Assembly: GCF_020745735.1 (NCBI RefSeq)
Contig: NC_083413.1
Span: forward strand, 98,242,409-98,306,408
Direction of reading: 5' to 3'
DNA from: Hemiscyllium ocellatum
Taxonomy: Eukaryota
Length of the DNA stretch: 64,000 bases
Below, piece by piece: positions 24,688-37,800 of this stretch (positions within the stretch are counted from its first letter, which is position 1; the number at the start of each line of letters is the position of its first letter). The translations under genes and the position numbers were made by a program. The notes under the pieces were generated by a model. It ran no database searches, had not been told where the DNA came from, and worked only from the letters and a program-made list of their open reading frames with translations.

Positions 24688-26454
24688 GGAATAATGTGCA
24701 GGTCACTTATTCAAAGATGCACGTCTAAGTGAGGGAGACAAACAAAGGGATTTCAGACAATTACATCAGTCACTAACAATTTCACCACAGGTTCCAAAGG
24801 CCATAAAAATGCAAACAAAGTACTAAGTTTTATCTCTAAAGGGATAGATTTGAAAGTAGGGTCACTATAAAAATTTGGTTGACTATAATTAAGAGTATTG
24901 TTTGCAGTTCGAGTTGACATATTATAGAATGTATGAGAGAGAGTAAAGAGATGATTTATGAGAATGCTCCACAAGTTTCTGGCTGTGTTTTTCCAGGAAG
25001 AATTGTTGTGCTGTTCACTTCTCTCTTGAAAAGAAGGCTGACAGTTCGAAAATTAAGAAAGGTTTTGAAAAGAGAAGGTACAAAGAAAACATTTCACTGT
25101 GGGATAGAATATAACTCGAGGCTGTCAATATAAGACGGTACCTCAAGAAGTCCAAAAGGGAATTCAGAAGAAACCTCTTCACTGAAAGAATGATGAGAAT
25201 GGGGAATATGTGACCAGACGGAATAGTTGAAATCAATAGTTTAGATGTATTTCAAGGAAACTAGGCGAGCACTAGGAAGGGATGGGAATAGAGAATTACA
25301 ACGGGCGATTTAGATGAGGAAAGATGTGAAACACCTTGAGTAGAACATAAGCACTGGCATGAACTGATTGTGCCAAATGGTCTGTTTTTCCTCTATAATC
25401 CTACTTAGAAAATCACCATTGCATGAAACAAAAAGTGCATTAAGAACATTTAGAAGAGTTATAAAGTTTCTCACAAAAAGTCTCAAGTATCCAGCACTGA
25501 ATGTAAATGATTTTATCACATGGCCACACTTCACGATTTGCTTGATAGCACTGAAACAGCAGTAATCACAGTCCTCTTACTAGGAGTAGGAGTAACCCAT
25601 CGTCCTTGCACCAATTGGGGGATCTTAATGACTTATTAATGGCCTCAGTAGGAGCTGCCAACCTGGTCCTGGGAATGTTGTGAACACTCTAGCCCTCACG
25701 GCTTCTTTCACTCACTTACTCTGATTTCCAGTTCCCGTAGTGATCACCACCATGGACAGGGGACTGTTCCAGTGTGCAGATGGGATACCCTGTTGTGAGC
25801 CACAAGGTACTTCATTAGGAGGGACATCCTCCAGGTGTGTCACTAGGATGCAGGGGGAGGTCTCCCACACAATGGAGGACCTTACTGCTAATAAACTGCC
25901 AGCATTGGCTGGAACACACTCTACATTGACCACCTGAGTGGTCATCCTTTCCCGAATTTGGGATCAATAACATACTACGGAGGTGGAAACTCCTTCCTTC
26001 CCTTATCATCTTCCACCCTATTATCCACCTAATGACCTTGCAGCCTGTCCCTAGAGGGCTGATAGAACCCAGTCCCATTCCAATATTCAAGAACATGAAG
26101 AGCTGGCAACCTGGTCAAAATTGACAAAGCTTAACACAAACAGTCTTGGCCTGACCGTCAAATTCTAAAGTGTAACTTGAGATGAGTTCAATAAAAATGG
26201 CAGAAGTACAGAAACAACCACTTCCATCTGTCAGAAACACATTTCTATGAATGGGAACGGGTGGTCCGCTATTTGGAATGGAGCAGTGCATTTGAAAAGT
26301 TAATGAGGAGCAGCAATGTTTTGTGATGGACGTGTGCACAGTCTGAAGCTGTTTGCTGATTCAGTTTTGCTAAAGGTTTGGCAGATACATTCCAATGAAA
26401 ATCAATTAAATCTGCCAAAGTGGATATTAATACTCACATTTATGAGATGCTTTA

Positions 26455-27195
26455 ACATAGAACATAGAAAAATACAACACAGAACAGGCCCTTTGGCCCA
26501 CAACAGTGTGCCGAGGTCTAATCCTAATGTAAAATATAACAACCTACACACCCCTCAACTCACTGCTAAACATGTGCATGTCCAGCAGTCACTTAAATGT
26601 CCCTAATGACTCTGCTTCCACCACCACCGCTGGCAATGTATTCCATGCATTCACAACTCTCTGTGTAAAGAACCTACTCTAATATCTCCTCTATACCTTT
26701 CTCCTAATATCTTAAAACTATGACTCCCCTCGTACCAGTCAATCCTGCCCTGGGGAAAATTCTCTAGCTATTGACTTTATCTATTCCTCTCATTATTTTG
26801 TATACCTCAATCAGGTCTCCTCTCTTCTTCCTTCTCCAGAGAGAAAAGTCTGAGCTTATTCAACCTTTCTTCATAAGGCAAGCCCTCCAGTTCAGGCAGC
26901 ATCCTGGCAAACCTTCTTTGCACCCTCTCCAAAGCCTCTATCTATTTCTTATAGCAGGGTGACCAGAACTGGACACAATATTCCAGGTGTGGTCTCACCA
27001 GGGACTTGTAGAGCTGTAGCAAAACCTCGCTGCTCTCAAACTCGATTCCCCTGTAAATGAAAGCCTAAACACCATATGCTTTCTTAACAACCCTATCCAC
27101 TTGGGTGGCAACTTTGAGGGATCTATGTACTTGCACACCCAGATCCCTCTGTTCCTCCACACTGCCAAGAATCCTGCCTTTAACCCTATATTCAG
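26455..27195 (-). mobile_element. CR1-clade LINE 3' fragment
   Basis: (ATAGA)n tail; similar to 34130-34390 and 36575-36855. Confidence 0.8.
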
Positions 27196-29501
27196 CATTC
27201 GAGTGAGAATGAGTACCAGAGGGCATGTAAGGAAGTTTATCAGTAAAGTACAGCTAATTAAGGGGGCTTGACCATACTCATGGACAAAAAGATATAAAGC
27301 AATCAGAGAACCAAAGAACAGAGTGTGTATATAAGGGGTACAAGAGACAGCGTGGATCAAGGCCTTGAAGAATTTAGAGATAGACATAAGTTTAAACTCA
27401 ATACATTCGATGATAATGAGCCAGTTAAGATCTCAGTCCTTTCTCTATAAGCACAAGTTTAAGTTTACCAGTCTTGTCCAGGCCAGCATTAAATGGGATT
27501 TTTATTTGCACTGTGCACATCTCCTGATTTCACAAGATATCTCAGTTTTGTAAATGCAATAGAATGCATTATCCACCGTTTCAGCAATTCCTTTAATAGA
27601 AGTTAACAGAAATAAACAACTTTCCAAAGCTGTCTTTCAACAGCCAGACTGATACAATATTCAAAAAGGATCTGCATGTACAAAGTGGGCTTGTCAGGGG
27701 GTTAAATCTTTTCAAATTCGAAAACTAGATTCCATTTTAATTATATCAACTGGATGTTGGATACTCCATTAACAAAAGGTTCCCATATTCAAACGGTTGT
27801 TTGCAAATATAGAAATTGGATATTGATATAAAATAGGACATGCTCTTTTTTTTTTGTCTTGCATACATCAGGATAGCTGCAAGGATTTTGATATTAAGGG
27901 AAACAACATTTTACACTGAACAAGTTCTGATGCTTTGGAAAGTGCACAATGATTGATCGAGATGTCCCCAATGGAAATGGACTGGTCAGATGGTGACGGA
28001 CAGTTAACAGCTAAACTTTGTTAAGTTTGCAATTGGCAGGTTGCCTGAGTGGTCAAGGTATTGCCCTGCCAAATGAGTCCGAGAATGGCCATCACCAATT
28101 TAGTCAAATCACAACAAGCATTGGCAGTTAACTGCCAATCATCACCTGGTCCATTCTCCATGCCTTTACCAATCAGCACTCATTACCCAGACAGATTAAA
28201 TGCTTTCTCCCTTACCATTGGTATTCTTGAGAGTGTCCTGATAAGTACAATACTAAAGACTTCAATAAAAAAACACTTTATTTTCATCAATACTCAAATG
28301 TCCATGCTGCCCCAGCTGGCAGAGGTGAAACTTCACTATAATGTATCAGGCCGACAATGAACTGGTAAAGTTCTGCACTGGTCTCAGAGGGAAACCAGCA
28401 ACAATGTCCTTGTGGAGACATTACTTTACCTTTGATCCTATACAGCAACAATTTCAAAGCCATTGAGGAACAGGAATAAATAGAAACGAACTACATGCAC
28501 ATACACACAGCACACTGTTATGTAAAGTAATAGAGAGAAATGCTGCACGAACAGGAAAATTAATTGTTATTCTGAATAGTGAATATGGCACCAAAAACAC
28601 CCTTGTGATAATGACAGTTTGAAAAGCTGCCCACATTGGTTTGCAGCAGTTGAAGAGTTGCTCATTCTGTTCTGGGCCCCACTCAGTTCCTACACCAGTA
28701 TGTGACCATAGATTCAGATTGTTTTTAAAGGCAGATATCAATATGCATTTGCACAGTGGCAGGAGTACGGCTATCCTATGGACAGCCCTAAAGAGATCTC
28801 ACACACATTGGCTCTTTAATAAAGAAATGGGGCAAACCTCAGAGATAGGGAAATGTAAATAAATGAACCACTAACAAGATTTCATCCAATTCGATAGTAA
28901 CTGATACCTGATCACCAAATTCAGCTGCCACTTGAAAGGATGCAAGAAGCCCCAAAAGGAGATACTCCACATTTCACTTGATTCTGTGTCACATTATCGC
29001 AAGAGAGCTTTGTAGTTGCCTTTTAGCAGACATTATTTTTATCCATAAACCACATCGGCTTGACAGAGAAGCATTGGTTCCGATCATAGATCAGAACTGA
29101 ATAGTGCAGAACCACATCATAACCCATCTCGAGAAGCTGTGTCAGTGGGTGCTTGGGTTTGCAGTGCCTCTGTGTTCTGAGCTTCGGCCCCAATCTCTCT
29201 CTGTTCCCTAGTTTTTCTGCTAAGTTGCGGTTCCAGTCAGTTTGTATTTCATCATTGTCCCAGATTATAGAGGGTTCAGTATCAGTGAGTTCACCAGGAT
29301 AGCCCGTTGGGTAAATCAGCAGTGGCTCCACTGAAAAGGCTTTTAAATCCTGAGGCTCATAGAACAGCATATAGTTATCCCTATTAATTGACCTAATAAT
29401 AATTAACAACATTATATTTGATCTGCTTTATTTCTCATTACTGACTGGATTGAACCTACCTTATGGGATACAGAAACTCACCAATGTGAGAACAGATAGT
29501 C

Positions 29502-29821
29502 GGGAGAAAGGGAAGGGATAGGAGGTCACTGTTGCCCACTTCTTTTGATGATAAGATTTATCTTGAATCAATAGGGGTCCCTAGGGGGGTGCCTGATGAG
29601 TTCAAGCTCGTAACCAAATTGCAGCAGGCTTTGAGTCGTCCCTGTTCTGGTGGGTCACTACTAACAAGAATGTCGATTGGATAAACTACATTTATTATAA
29701 CCAAGCAAGATTTATTAACCATACTAGGACTGCAGTAAAGGGCCTGGCGGAACAACTGGATGCCACCAGTCGTATGGCTTGGAAAAATAGGCTGGCCTTG
29801 GATATGCTCCTAGCTGAAAAG
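29502..29821 (+). mobile_element. Endogenous retrovirus env fragment (SU/TM junction and TM ectodomain)
   Basis: Translates GRKGRDRR|SLLPTSFDDKIYLESIGVPRGVPDEFK, one -1 frameshift at about 29605, then ARNQIAAGFESSLFWWVTTNKNVDWINYIYYNQARFINHTRTAVKGLAEQLDATSRMAWKNRLALDMLLAEK. Has a furin-type RxRR site and the immunosuppressive-domain motif NRLALDxLLA. Truncated by the N gap. Confidence 0.88.
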
Positions 29822-29921
29822 NNNNNNNNNNNNNNNNNNNNNNNNNNNNNNNNNNNNNNNNNNNNNNNNNNNNNNNNNNNNNNNNNNNNNNNNNNNNNNN
29901 NNNNNNNNNNNNNNNNNNNNN
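29822..29921. other. Assembly gap (100 N)
   Basis: Run of n characters; adjacency across it is not established by the sequence. Confidence 0.99.
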
Positions 29922-29941
29922 AAAGAAGTTGAATCTCTTGT

Positions 29942-31890
29942 CAAGAGGAAGAAGAAGGTATATGTTAGGATGAGATGTGAAGGCTCAGTTAGAGTGTTTG
30001 AGAGTTATAGGTTAGCCAGGAAAGACCTAAAGAAAGAGCTAAGAAGAGCCAGGAGGGGATGTGAAAAGTCATTGGCAGGTCAGATCAAGGAAAAACCTAA
30101 AGGTTTCTACAGGTATATCAAGAATAAAAGAATGACTAGAGTGAGTTTAGGGTCAAACAAGGACAGTAGTGGGAGTTGTGCATGGAGTCCGAGGAGATAG
30201 GAAAAGCGCTAACTGAATTCTTTTCAATGTACTCGCATTGGAAAATGACTACGTTGTCTCAGAGAATACTGAGATGCAGGTGATTAGACTAGACGGGATT
30301 GAGGTTCACAAAGAGGAGTTGTTAGCAATTCTGGAAAGTAGGAAAATAAATAAGTCTCTTAAGGCAGATGGTATTTATCCTTGGATTCTCTGGGAAGCCA
30401 GGGAGGAGAGTGCACAGCCATTGGCTTTGAACTTTATGTTGTCATTGTCAATAGGGATAGTGCCAGGAGACTGGAGGATAGCAAGTATTGTCCCCTTGTA
30501 CAAGAAGGGGAGTAGAGACAACCCTAGTAATTTTCTCCAAGTGAGCCTTACTTCAGTTGTGGGTAAAGTGCTGGAAATGATTAAAAGAGATAGGATTTAT
30601 AATCAGCTCGAAAGGAATAAGTTGATTAGGGATAGTCAACATGGTTTTGTGAAGGGTAGGTCATGCCACACAAACCTTATAGAGTTCTTTGAGAAGGTGA
30701 CCAAACAGCTGGATGAGGGTAAAGTGGTTGATGTGGTGCATTTGGATTTCAGTAAGGGGGTTTGATAAGGTTCCCCAAGGTAGACTATTGCATAAAATAC
30801 AAAGGCATGGGATTGACAGTGATTTAACAGTTTGGATCAGACATTGGCCAGCTGAAAGAAGACACAGGTTGGTGGTTGATGGGAAATGTTCACCCTAGAG
30901 TTCAGTTACTAGTGGGGTACTGCAAGGTCTGTTTTGGGGCCATTTCTGTTTGTCATTTTTATAAATGAACTGGATGAGGGCATAGAAGGATGGGTTAGTA
31001 AATTTGCGGATGACACTAAGGTAGGTGGGGTTGTGGATATTGCCGAAGGATGTTGCAGGTTACAGAGGGACATAGATAAGCTGCACAGCTGGGCTGAGAA
31101 GTGGCAAATGGAGTTTAATGTGGAAAAGTGTGAGGTGATTCACTTTGGAAGGAGGAACAGGAATACAGAGTACTGGTTTAATGGTAAGATTCTTGGCAGT
31201 GTAGATAAACAGAGAGCTCTCGGTGTCCCCAGACATAGATCCCTGAAAGTTTCCACCCAGGGTGATATGGTTGTTAAGAAAGCATATGGTGTATTAGCTT
31301 TTATTGGTGGAGGGATTGATCTTCGGAGCCATGAGGTCATGTTGCAGCTGTCCAAAACTCTGGTTTTGGAGTACTGCGTAAAGTTCCGGTGACTGCATTA
31401 TAGGAAGGATATCGAAGCTTTGGAAAGGGTTCAGATGAGATTTACTAGAATGTGACCTGGTATGAAGGGAAGGTGTTATGAGGAAAAGCTGAAGGACTTG
31501 AGGCTGTTTTTTGACAGAGAGTAGGAAGTTGAGAGGTGACTTAATTGAGGTCTGTAAGATAATCAGAGGGTTAGATAATCAGAGGGCATCCTTTTTTTCT
31601 TGAATGGTGATGGTTAACATAAGGGGACATAGCTTTAAATTGAGGAATGATAGATATGGGACAGATGTTCAGGGATAGTTTCTTTACTCAGAATGTAGTA
31701 GGGGGCATGGAACACACTGCCTGCAACAGTAGGAGACTCACCAACTTTAAGGGCATTTAAATATTCATTGGATAAACATGGATGAAAATGGAATTGTGAA
31801 GGTGAGATGAGTTTCAGGTTGATTTTACACTTCGGCACATCGAGGGCCAAAGGGCCTGTACTGCACTGTAATGTTCCATGTTCTATGTTC
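29942..31890 (+). mobile_element. CR1-clade LINE, about 2 kb 3' portion with degraded RT
   Basis: Frameshifted ORFs with PGDWRIASIVPLYKKG, SQHGFVKGRSC, LFVIFINELDEG...SKFADDTK (RT motifs), ending in a (TTCTATG)n tail. Confidence 0.93.
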
Positions 31891-32744
31891 TGTCCTATCC
31901 CCATTCCCTATCCCTGTATCCTCCTCCAGCCCCTTCACTGCAAACTGTGTCTGTAATATTCAGTTCACAAATAGGAGACTCATCGCATGCACAAAGGTTG
32001 CTCATCAACAGACACAGTCTGCCTTTGTTTAATGCAGATTTGCCAGGATATAACAGTGCCCTGTGAGGAAGGGGCCATCACATCAACAGGGAGAGGACAT
32101 TTCCCTGTGTCTTCCCACTGAAGCTGGGCTGGAATGGAATTTCTGTCCAACAATGAATTGGCTGCTTGACTCCAGCTCCTTTTGCTGAAACAAGATACTT
32201 TAAAACTGACAGTAACTGGCCATACACGAGTTGGTGATGAGAAACCAGACAGAATTCATTCAGTAACTGTGTACCCTGTAAACAATAACAAAGTCATGAC
32301 AGAGTACCTCCAATTGTTATTTCTGTCACCATTTTCTTTCATTTTGATTGCTTTTGGACAACAGCTTTTGAAGATCCTCAGCTTTTGTTTCTTCATTTAT
32401 TGATTTCTTCTGCCCACCCCAGTCCTTGCACCATTTTGGTCATTCCGTCATTGAAGTCTCTCCTGCCCTCCACCCATCACAGACTTTCCCTTCTGCTTTC
32501 CTTCCCACCTTTCTCCTGCAATCCAAGGAATAATGCAGGTGGTTCCTTCTCTCCCGCAGTCGGTACATTATCACTCACAGAGATACAGAGAGATCATCAA
32601 ACCACAGGCTCAAACAGAGACTGTGTTCAGTCCCACTCCGATCTCACAGTCCAGTGACATATTTATATTCTAACATTCAAACAGAGCAACAGAGAAATAA
32701 GTCATTTCCAATTCTCTGCACGCCATTCTGTAGAGAAATCCTAG

Positions 32745-32880
32745 GAGGAAGTGAGGACTGCAGATGCTGGAGATCAGAGCTGAAACATTCCTGAAGAAGG
32801 GCTTATGCCCGAAACATCGATTCTCCTGCTCCTTTGATGCTGCCTGACCTGCTGCGCTTTTCCAGCAACACATTTTTAAG
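32745..32880. mobile_element. Short Penelope-derived insertion with hammerhead core
   Basis: CTGAAGA-A-GGGC-TTAT-GCCC-GAAAC-ATC on + at 32791-32818. TSD ctgtaga(g/c)aaatcctag at 32728-32744 and 32881-32897. Confidence 0.85.
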
Positions 32881-33029
32881 CTGTAGACAAATCCTAGCCT
32901 CCAAATCACAGCGACTATAAGATCAAAAAGGATGGCGTTAATCTCTCAATAGTTACCCACATCAACCAACTGAATAATACTTTGTGAAGGTTTATAATTG
33001 GAAAAGCTGTATTGTCCAGATGCTGTGAA

Positions 33030-33170
33030 CATTAAATAAAAACAGAGACTGCTAGAAATACTCACTCATTTTCTCTGATGAAAGGTCATTGACCAGAAAC
33101 ATTCATTGTATTTCTCTCTCCACAGATGCTGTTTGATCTGCTGAGTATTTGCAGCACTTTCTGTTTTACA
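33030..33170 (+). mobile_element. Penelope-type terminal-repeat remnant with decayed hammerhead
   Basis: CTGATGA-AA-GGTC-ATT-GACC-A-GAAAC-ATT at 33075-33103, followed by tctctccacagatgctg...ctgctgagt. The same tail motif occurs at 34660-34745 and 4930-4985. Confidence 0.6.
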
Positions 33171-33803
33171 TCATGTAGGTTCGCTCCATGTTCAGAATGC
33201 ACACAAGTTATTTAATTAAAACAGATATTCCCATAGAGTTCAGGTTATGTATGATTGATATACGACAGAAATCTATTTGTACTTTACAATATTAAAGATA
33301 CAATTACAAACACAAATGTGGAGATAAACATTAAATATATGAACATAATCCATCAGGCATACAAAGAATAACAGAGATCTGAGTGCTGAGTGGTCTCACT
33401 TCATGTACAATATCAAAGACTGGGAAACAAACTCAACATATTATATTTACAGGCTGGAATGTCCAGAGATTGAATTATTCCCATTGTCAATTTGAAAATC
33501 TTTAACTTTTGGATCAGGCTTATCCTTTTCCATAGCTATTTTAAAACTGATGTGGTAAGTGTTTGCCCACTAATATCTCAGTGACTTGCCCTGCCTTATT
33601 CCCCTAGAGGACATTAAATTTTGCCCCTTCTCTCGGAGGCCATCTACATATCGATTGAGAAGGTTTTCTTGAATAAATTTAATAAATTCCTCCCATCCAT
33701 TACCAGTCTATGTTTGGAAAGTTAAGATCTCTTTCTATTATAACTTTATTATTCTTACAGCTATCAGCGACCTCCCTGCATATTTAGAGCATAGACACAT
33801 GGT

Positions 33804-34118
33804 GGGTGGTACGATATCTCAGTAGTTAGCACTGCTGCCTCACAGAGACTTGGGTTCTATTCCCACCTCAGGCGACTGTCTCTGTGGAGTTTGCACATTC
33901 TCCCAGTGTCTGTGTGTGTTTTCTCCGGGTGCTCCGGGTTCCTCCCACAGTCCAAAAATGTGCAGGCTAGGTGAATTGGCCATGCTAAATTGCCCGTAGT
34001 GTTAGGTGAAGGGGTAAAGGTAGGGGAATGGGTCTGAGTCGGTTGTGCTTCGGCTAGTCAGTGTGGACTTGTTGGGCCGAAGGGCCTGTTTCCACACTGT
34101 AAGCAATCTCATCTAATC
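33804..34118 (+). mobile_element. HE1-type V-SINE
   Basis: Full head, V domain and tail, ending aatctcatctaatc. Confidence 0.85.
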
Positions 34119-34129
34119 AAAAAAAAAAG

Positions 34130-35395
34130 TGCGTCTCAGAACAGGCCCTTAGACCACGATGTTGTGCCAAGATTTAATCCGAATGTAAAATATAGTAACT
34201 TAACCTACGCACCCCTCAACTCACTGCTATCCATGTGCATGTCCAGCAGTCACTTAAATGTCCTCAATGACTTCGCCTCCACCACCTCAACTGGCAATGC
34301 ATTCCATGTATTCACAACTCTCTGCGTAAAGAACCAACCTCTGATGTCTCCTTTATACTTTCCTCTTAATATCTTCAAACTATGACTTCTCATACCAGTC
34401 AGTCATCAATTTGCTCCTCAGTTTCCCGCTGACTCCTGGGGAATCTATGGTACGATCCCATCAAAGTGATCAAACCTTTCTTTTTTTCTCAGATCCATAC
34501 ACATTGTTTCACTGGGCGATCCATCAGGAACATCCTCTCTGAGTCCTGTTGTGATGTTTTCCCGAATCAAAATAGCCACTCCCCCTCTTCTCTTGCCTCC
34601 CCTTCCATCTTTCTAATGAATAGATCATTGAGCTCGATTTTAGAGTATCTGATCTCACTACTTCTGATGAAGAGTCACTGGACTTGAAATATTAACTCTG
34701 TTTTCTCTCCACAGATGTTGCCAGACCTGCTAAGTTTCTCTAGCAATTGTGCCTGCGGTTTACCCAGCTTCAGCAGCAAGTCATAGAACATTGCAGGGCA
34801 GTACAGGCCCTTCGGCCCTTGATGTTGCGCCGACCTGTGGAACTAATCTGAAGCCTATTTATCTGACGCTAATCCATTTTCATCCATGTTTATCCAATGA
34901 CCATATAAATGCCCTTAAAGCTGGCGAGTCTACTACTGTTGCAGGCAGTGCATTCCAGGTCCCTATCCCGGAACTATCTCTGACATCTGTCTTACCCCTC
35001 AGTTTAAAGCTATGTCCCCTCGTGCTAGCCATCACCTTCCAGGAAAGAAAACTCTCACTATCCACCCTATCTAATCCTCTAATTATGTTATATGGCTCAA
35101 TTAAGTTACCTCTCAACCTTCTCTCTAATGAAAACAGCCTTTCCTCATAAGACCTTTCCCTCCATACCAGCCAACATCCTGGTAAATCTTCTGAATCCTT
35201 TCCAAAGCTTCCACATCCTGCCTGTAATGCGGTGACCAGAACAGTATGCAATACCCCAATGTAGCCACACCAGAGTTTTGTACAGCTGCAGCATTACCTC
35301 ATGGCTCCGAAACTTAATCCCTCTACCAATAAAAGCTCACACACAATATGCCTTCTTAACAACCCTATCAACCTGGGTGGCAACTTTCAGGGATT
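34130..35395 (-). mobile_element. Two CR1 3' fragments (about 34130-34390 and 34775-35395)
   Basis: Reverse-complement CR1 3' ends; ORF 34880-35251 RLRGNLIEPYNII...GHSFKLRG. Confidence 0.75.
34660..34748 (+). mobile_element. Penelope-type terminal-repeat remnant with decayed hammerhead
   Basis: CTGATGA-AG-AGTC-ACTG-GACT-T-GAAAT-ATT at 34664-34693, followed by aactctgttttctctccacagatgttgccagacctgc. Confidence 0.6.
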
Positions 35396-36211
35396 ATGTT
35401 CCAAGTTAGATCTTCATGCTCTTTCTTCTACTATGACTGTCATGTTAGGAAATTCCTAGTATTGGCCTTTTTTTGGTTTTAATGACATCACTGTCCTGTT
35501 TGAAGCCATCCCCAGATTCTATCTCCCTCCTCCCCACTTTCAGGTTGTGGTTGAAGAAATATGTGCAGCTGTCTGGGCTGTTATTTCCAAATACCTTATC
35601 TTAATGGTCATAGTAACAATGGGACACAGTTCCCCAATACAGTGTTTATGTTCTGATCTATCTTCTCTCAATGCAGATCTTTGATCTAAGGTAAATTTCT
35701 ACTTCAATACCACGGAGGGTGGTGTGTGTATGGAATGAGCTGCCAGAGGAAGTGGTGGAGGCTGGTACAATTACAGCAATTAAGAAGTACCTGGATGATG
35801 CCCGAGACAAATCTTTCACATTGGTCTTCACCACATCAGATTTATATTCATGAAAATGGAATAAATCACAAACATAGTGACGTGATTCACTGTGATTAAA
35901 GTAATAATACAATAAGCAATGCATTGGATTATCATGGTTTGTGTATGTGAATTAGTGTGCGAATGTGCATAGGCAACATTAATCATCTTGCACTACTTTG
36001 ACACCCCTATCATTTTCATAGTTATCTTTTTGGTCTTAATCAACAGATAAAACATTTCTTTTCCTGTCGATTTTACCCATTAACAATTTCTCTGTACTTC
36101 CTTGGCATTTCTAAGTTTTTTTTAGTTTTCAGTTCACCCATTTAGATTCTAGGCTAAGCTTCCCATCGTTTTTGAATTGTTTTGTCAGGATCAGTATCTT
36201 TCTTTTACTGT

Positions 36212-36368
36212 GTTAAAAATCACACAACACCAGGTTATAGTCCAACAGGTTTAATTGGAAGCACACTAGCTTTCGGAGCGATGCTCCTTCATCAGGTGAA
36301 CAACCTGGTGTTGTGTGATTTTTTAACTTTGTACAACCCAGTCCAACACTGGCATCTCCAAATCATGA
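36212..36368. mobile_element. Short Penelope-type insertion with hammerhead (AGCU stem III variant)
   Basis: 14-bp TSD ctttcttttactgt at 36198-36211 and 36369-36382; internal inverted segment. Confidence 0.82.
36264..36298 (-). ncRNA. Minimal hammerhead ribozyme motif
   Basis: CAC-CUGAUGA-A-GGAGC-AUC-GCUCC-GAAAG-CUA-GUG: 3-bp stem I, 5-bp stem II, palindromic AGCU stem III. Confidence 0.72.
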
Positions 36369-36574
36369 CTTTCTTTTACTGTTTCATGTCATCCCGTATG
36401 CTTGGGGACACCTATGGAGCACGAGATGTGGAAATATAATGTTATCTGTTGTTGGATCATGTTTACGCTGTTTCTTTAGAATCTCACTTTTGAGATCCTC
36501 CCACTGATTTGTCATTACTTTATCTTCAAATACCTGCATCCAGTCCAACTTCATCAGATTATCTCTCTAATTAA

Positions 36575-37800
36575 GAACATAGAAACGTACAGCACAGAAC
36601 AGGCCCTTTGTCCCAAGATGTTGTGCCGAAGATTAATCCTAATTTCAAATAAGAAAACTAACCTACACACCCCTCAATTCACTGTTGTCCACGTACAAGT
36701 CCAGCATTCACTTCAATGTCTGTAATGAATCTGCTTTCACCACCACCGCTGGCAATGTATTCTGTGCGCTCACAACTCCCTGTGTAAGGAACCTAACTCT
36801 GACGTCTCCTCTATACCTTCCTCCTAACACCTTAAAACTATGACCCCTCGTGGCAGACTCATGAGATTTGTTCCCCCAGACATCAACATTTTAATCTTGT
36901 TGTATTTGTCTTGTTTCATATTTATGCTCAATGTAAATGTATTAATGTCAGCAGCTCAAAAATAGTCCCTCTCTCTTAGTTCATTCAGAAGATCAGCTTC
37001 ATTTCAGAAGATCAATTCCGGAATTGCTTTTCCTCTCACTGAGCCCTTATGTACTAAAGAGGTCAGTTAAATATGATACAATAATCTTTTTGCTCTGTGT
37101 CTTTCACACTGTTCATTTTGCGAGATATTTGAGAGATGAAATTCCCAAATACTCTACTACTTCAAAATATTCAAAAATGTCTGACACACAACTCTTCCGT
37201 TTTCCTCAGAAGATTTGGTCATCACTTGTAAACTACTAGCAGTGTGGCTGCCACCTTTTTAAAAATATTTCAGCTGAATCCTTATCGCGTCTTTTGTAAA
37301 TTCATTGAGTGTATCAATGAGGGCCCTGTTAACCAGAGTGGAGGAGGAGAAACAGTTGAGGATAAAGGGATGCATAGAGTCACAGAGATGTCCAGGATGA
37401 AAACAAACCCTTAATTCCAATTTGTCCATGTTGACCAGATATCCTGAACGCATCTAGTCCCATTTGCCAGCATTTGTCTCATATCCCTCTAAACTCTTCC
37501 TAAACATGGACCCATCCAGATGCCTTTTACGTGTATTTACATGAGCACCGCTCCCCCCGCCCGACTTTCTCTGGCAACTCATTCCATACACGCAACAACT
37601 CGTGTGAAAAAGTTGCTCTCGACGTCCCTTTTAAACCTTTTCCCTCTCGACTATGCCTTCCAGTTTCCAACTCCCCTACCCTGGGGAACGGACCTTGGCT
37701 ATTCACCATATCCACGCCTCTCATGATTTTATAAACCTCGATAAGGTCACCCCACCACCCCCACCCCAGTCTCCAAGCTCCAGGCAAAATAGCTCCACTT
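36575..37800 (-). mobile_element. CR1 3' fragments (about 36575-36855 and 37375-37800)
   Basis: ORF 37527-37787 GDLIEVYKIMRGVD...RVWNELPE. Confidence 0.72.

Noticed and set aside
25560-26110. GC-balanced unique stretch with several 65-93 aa ORFs
   Set aside because: No recognisable motif in any frame.
27205-27450. GGLTILMDKKI...VYIRGT, resembling an L1/Tx1 endonuclease
   Set aside because: Short, stop-ridden similarity that is too weak to call without a search.
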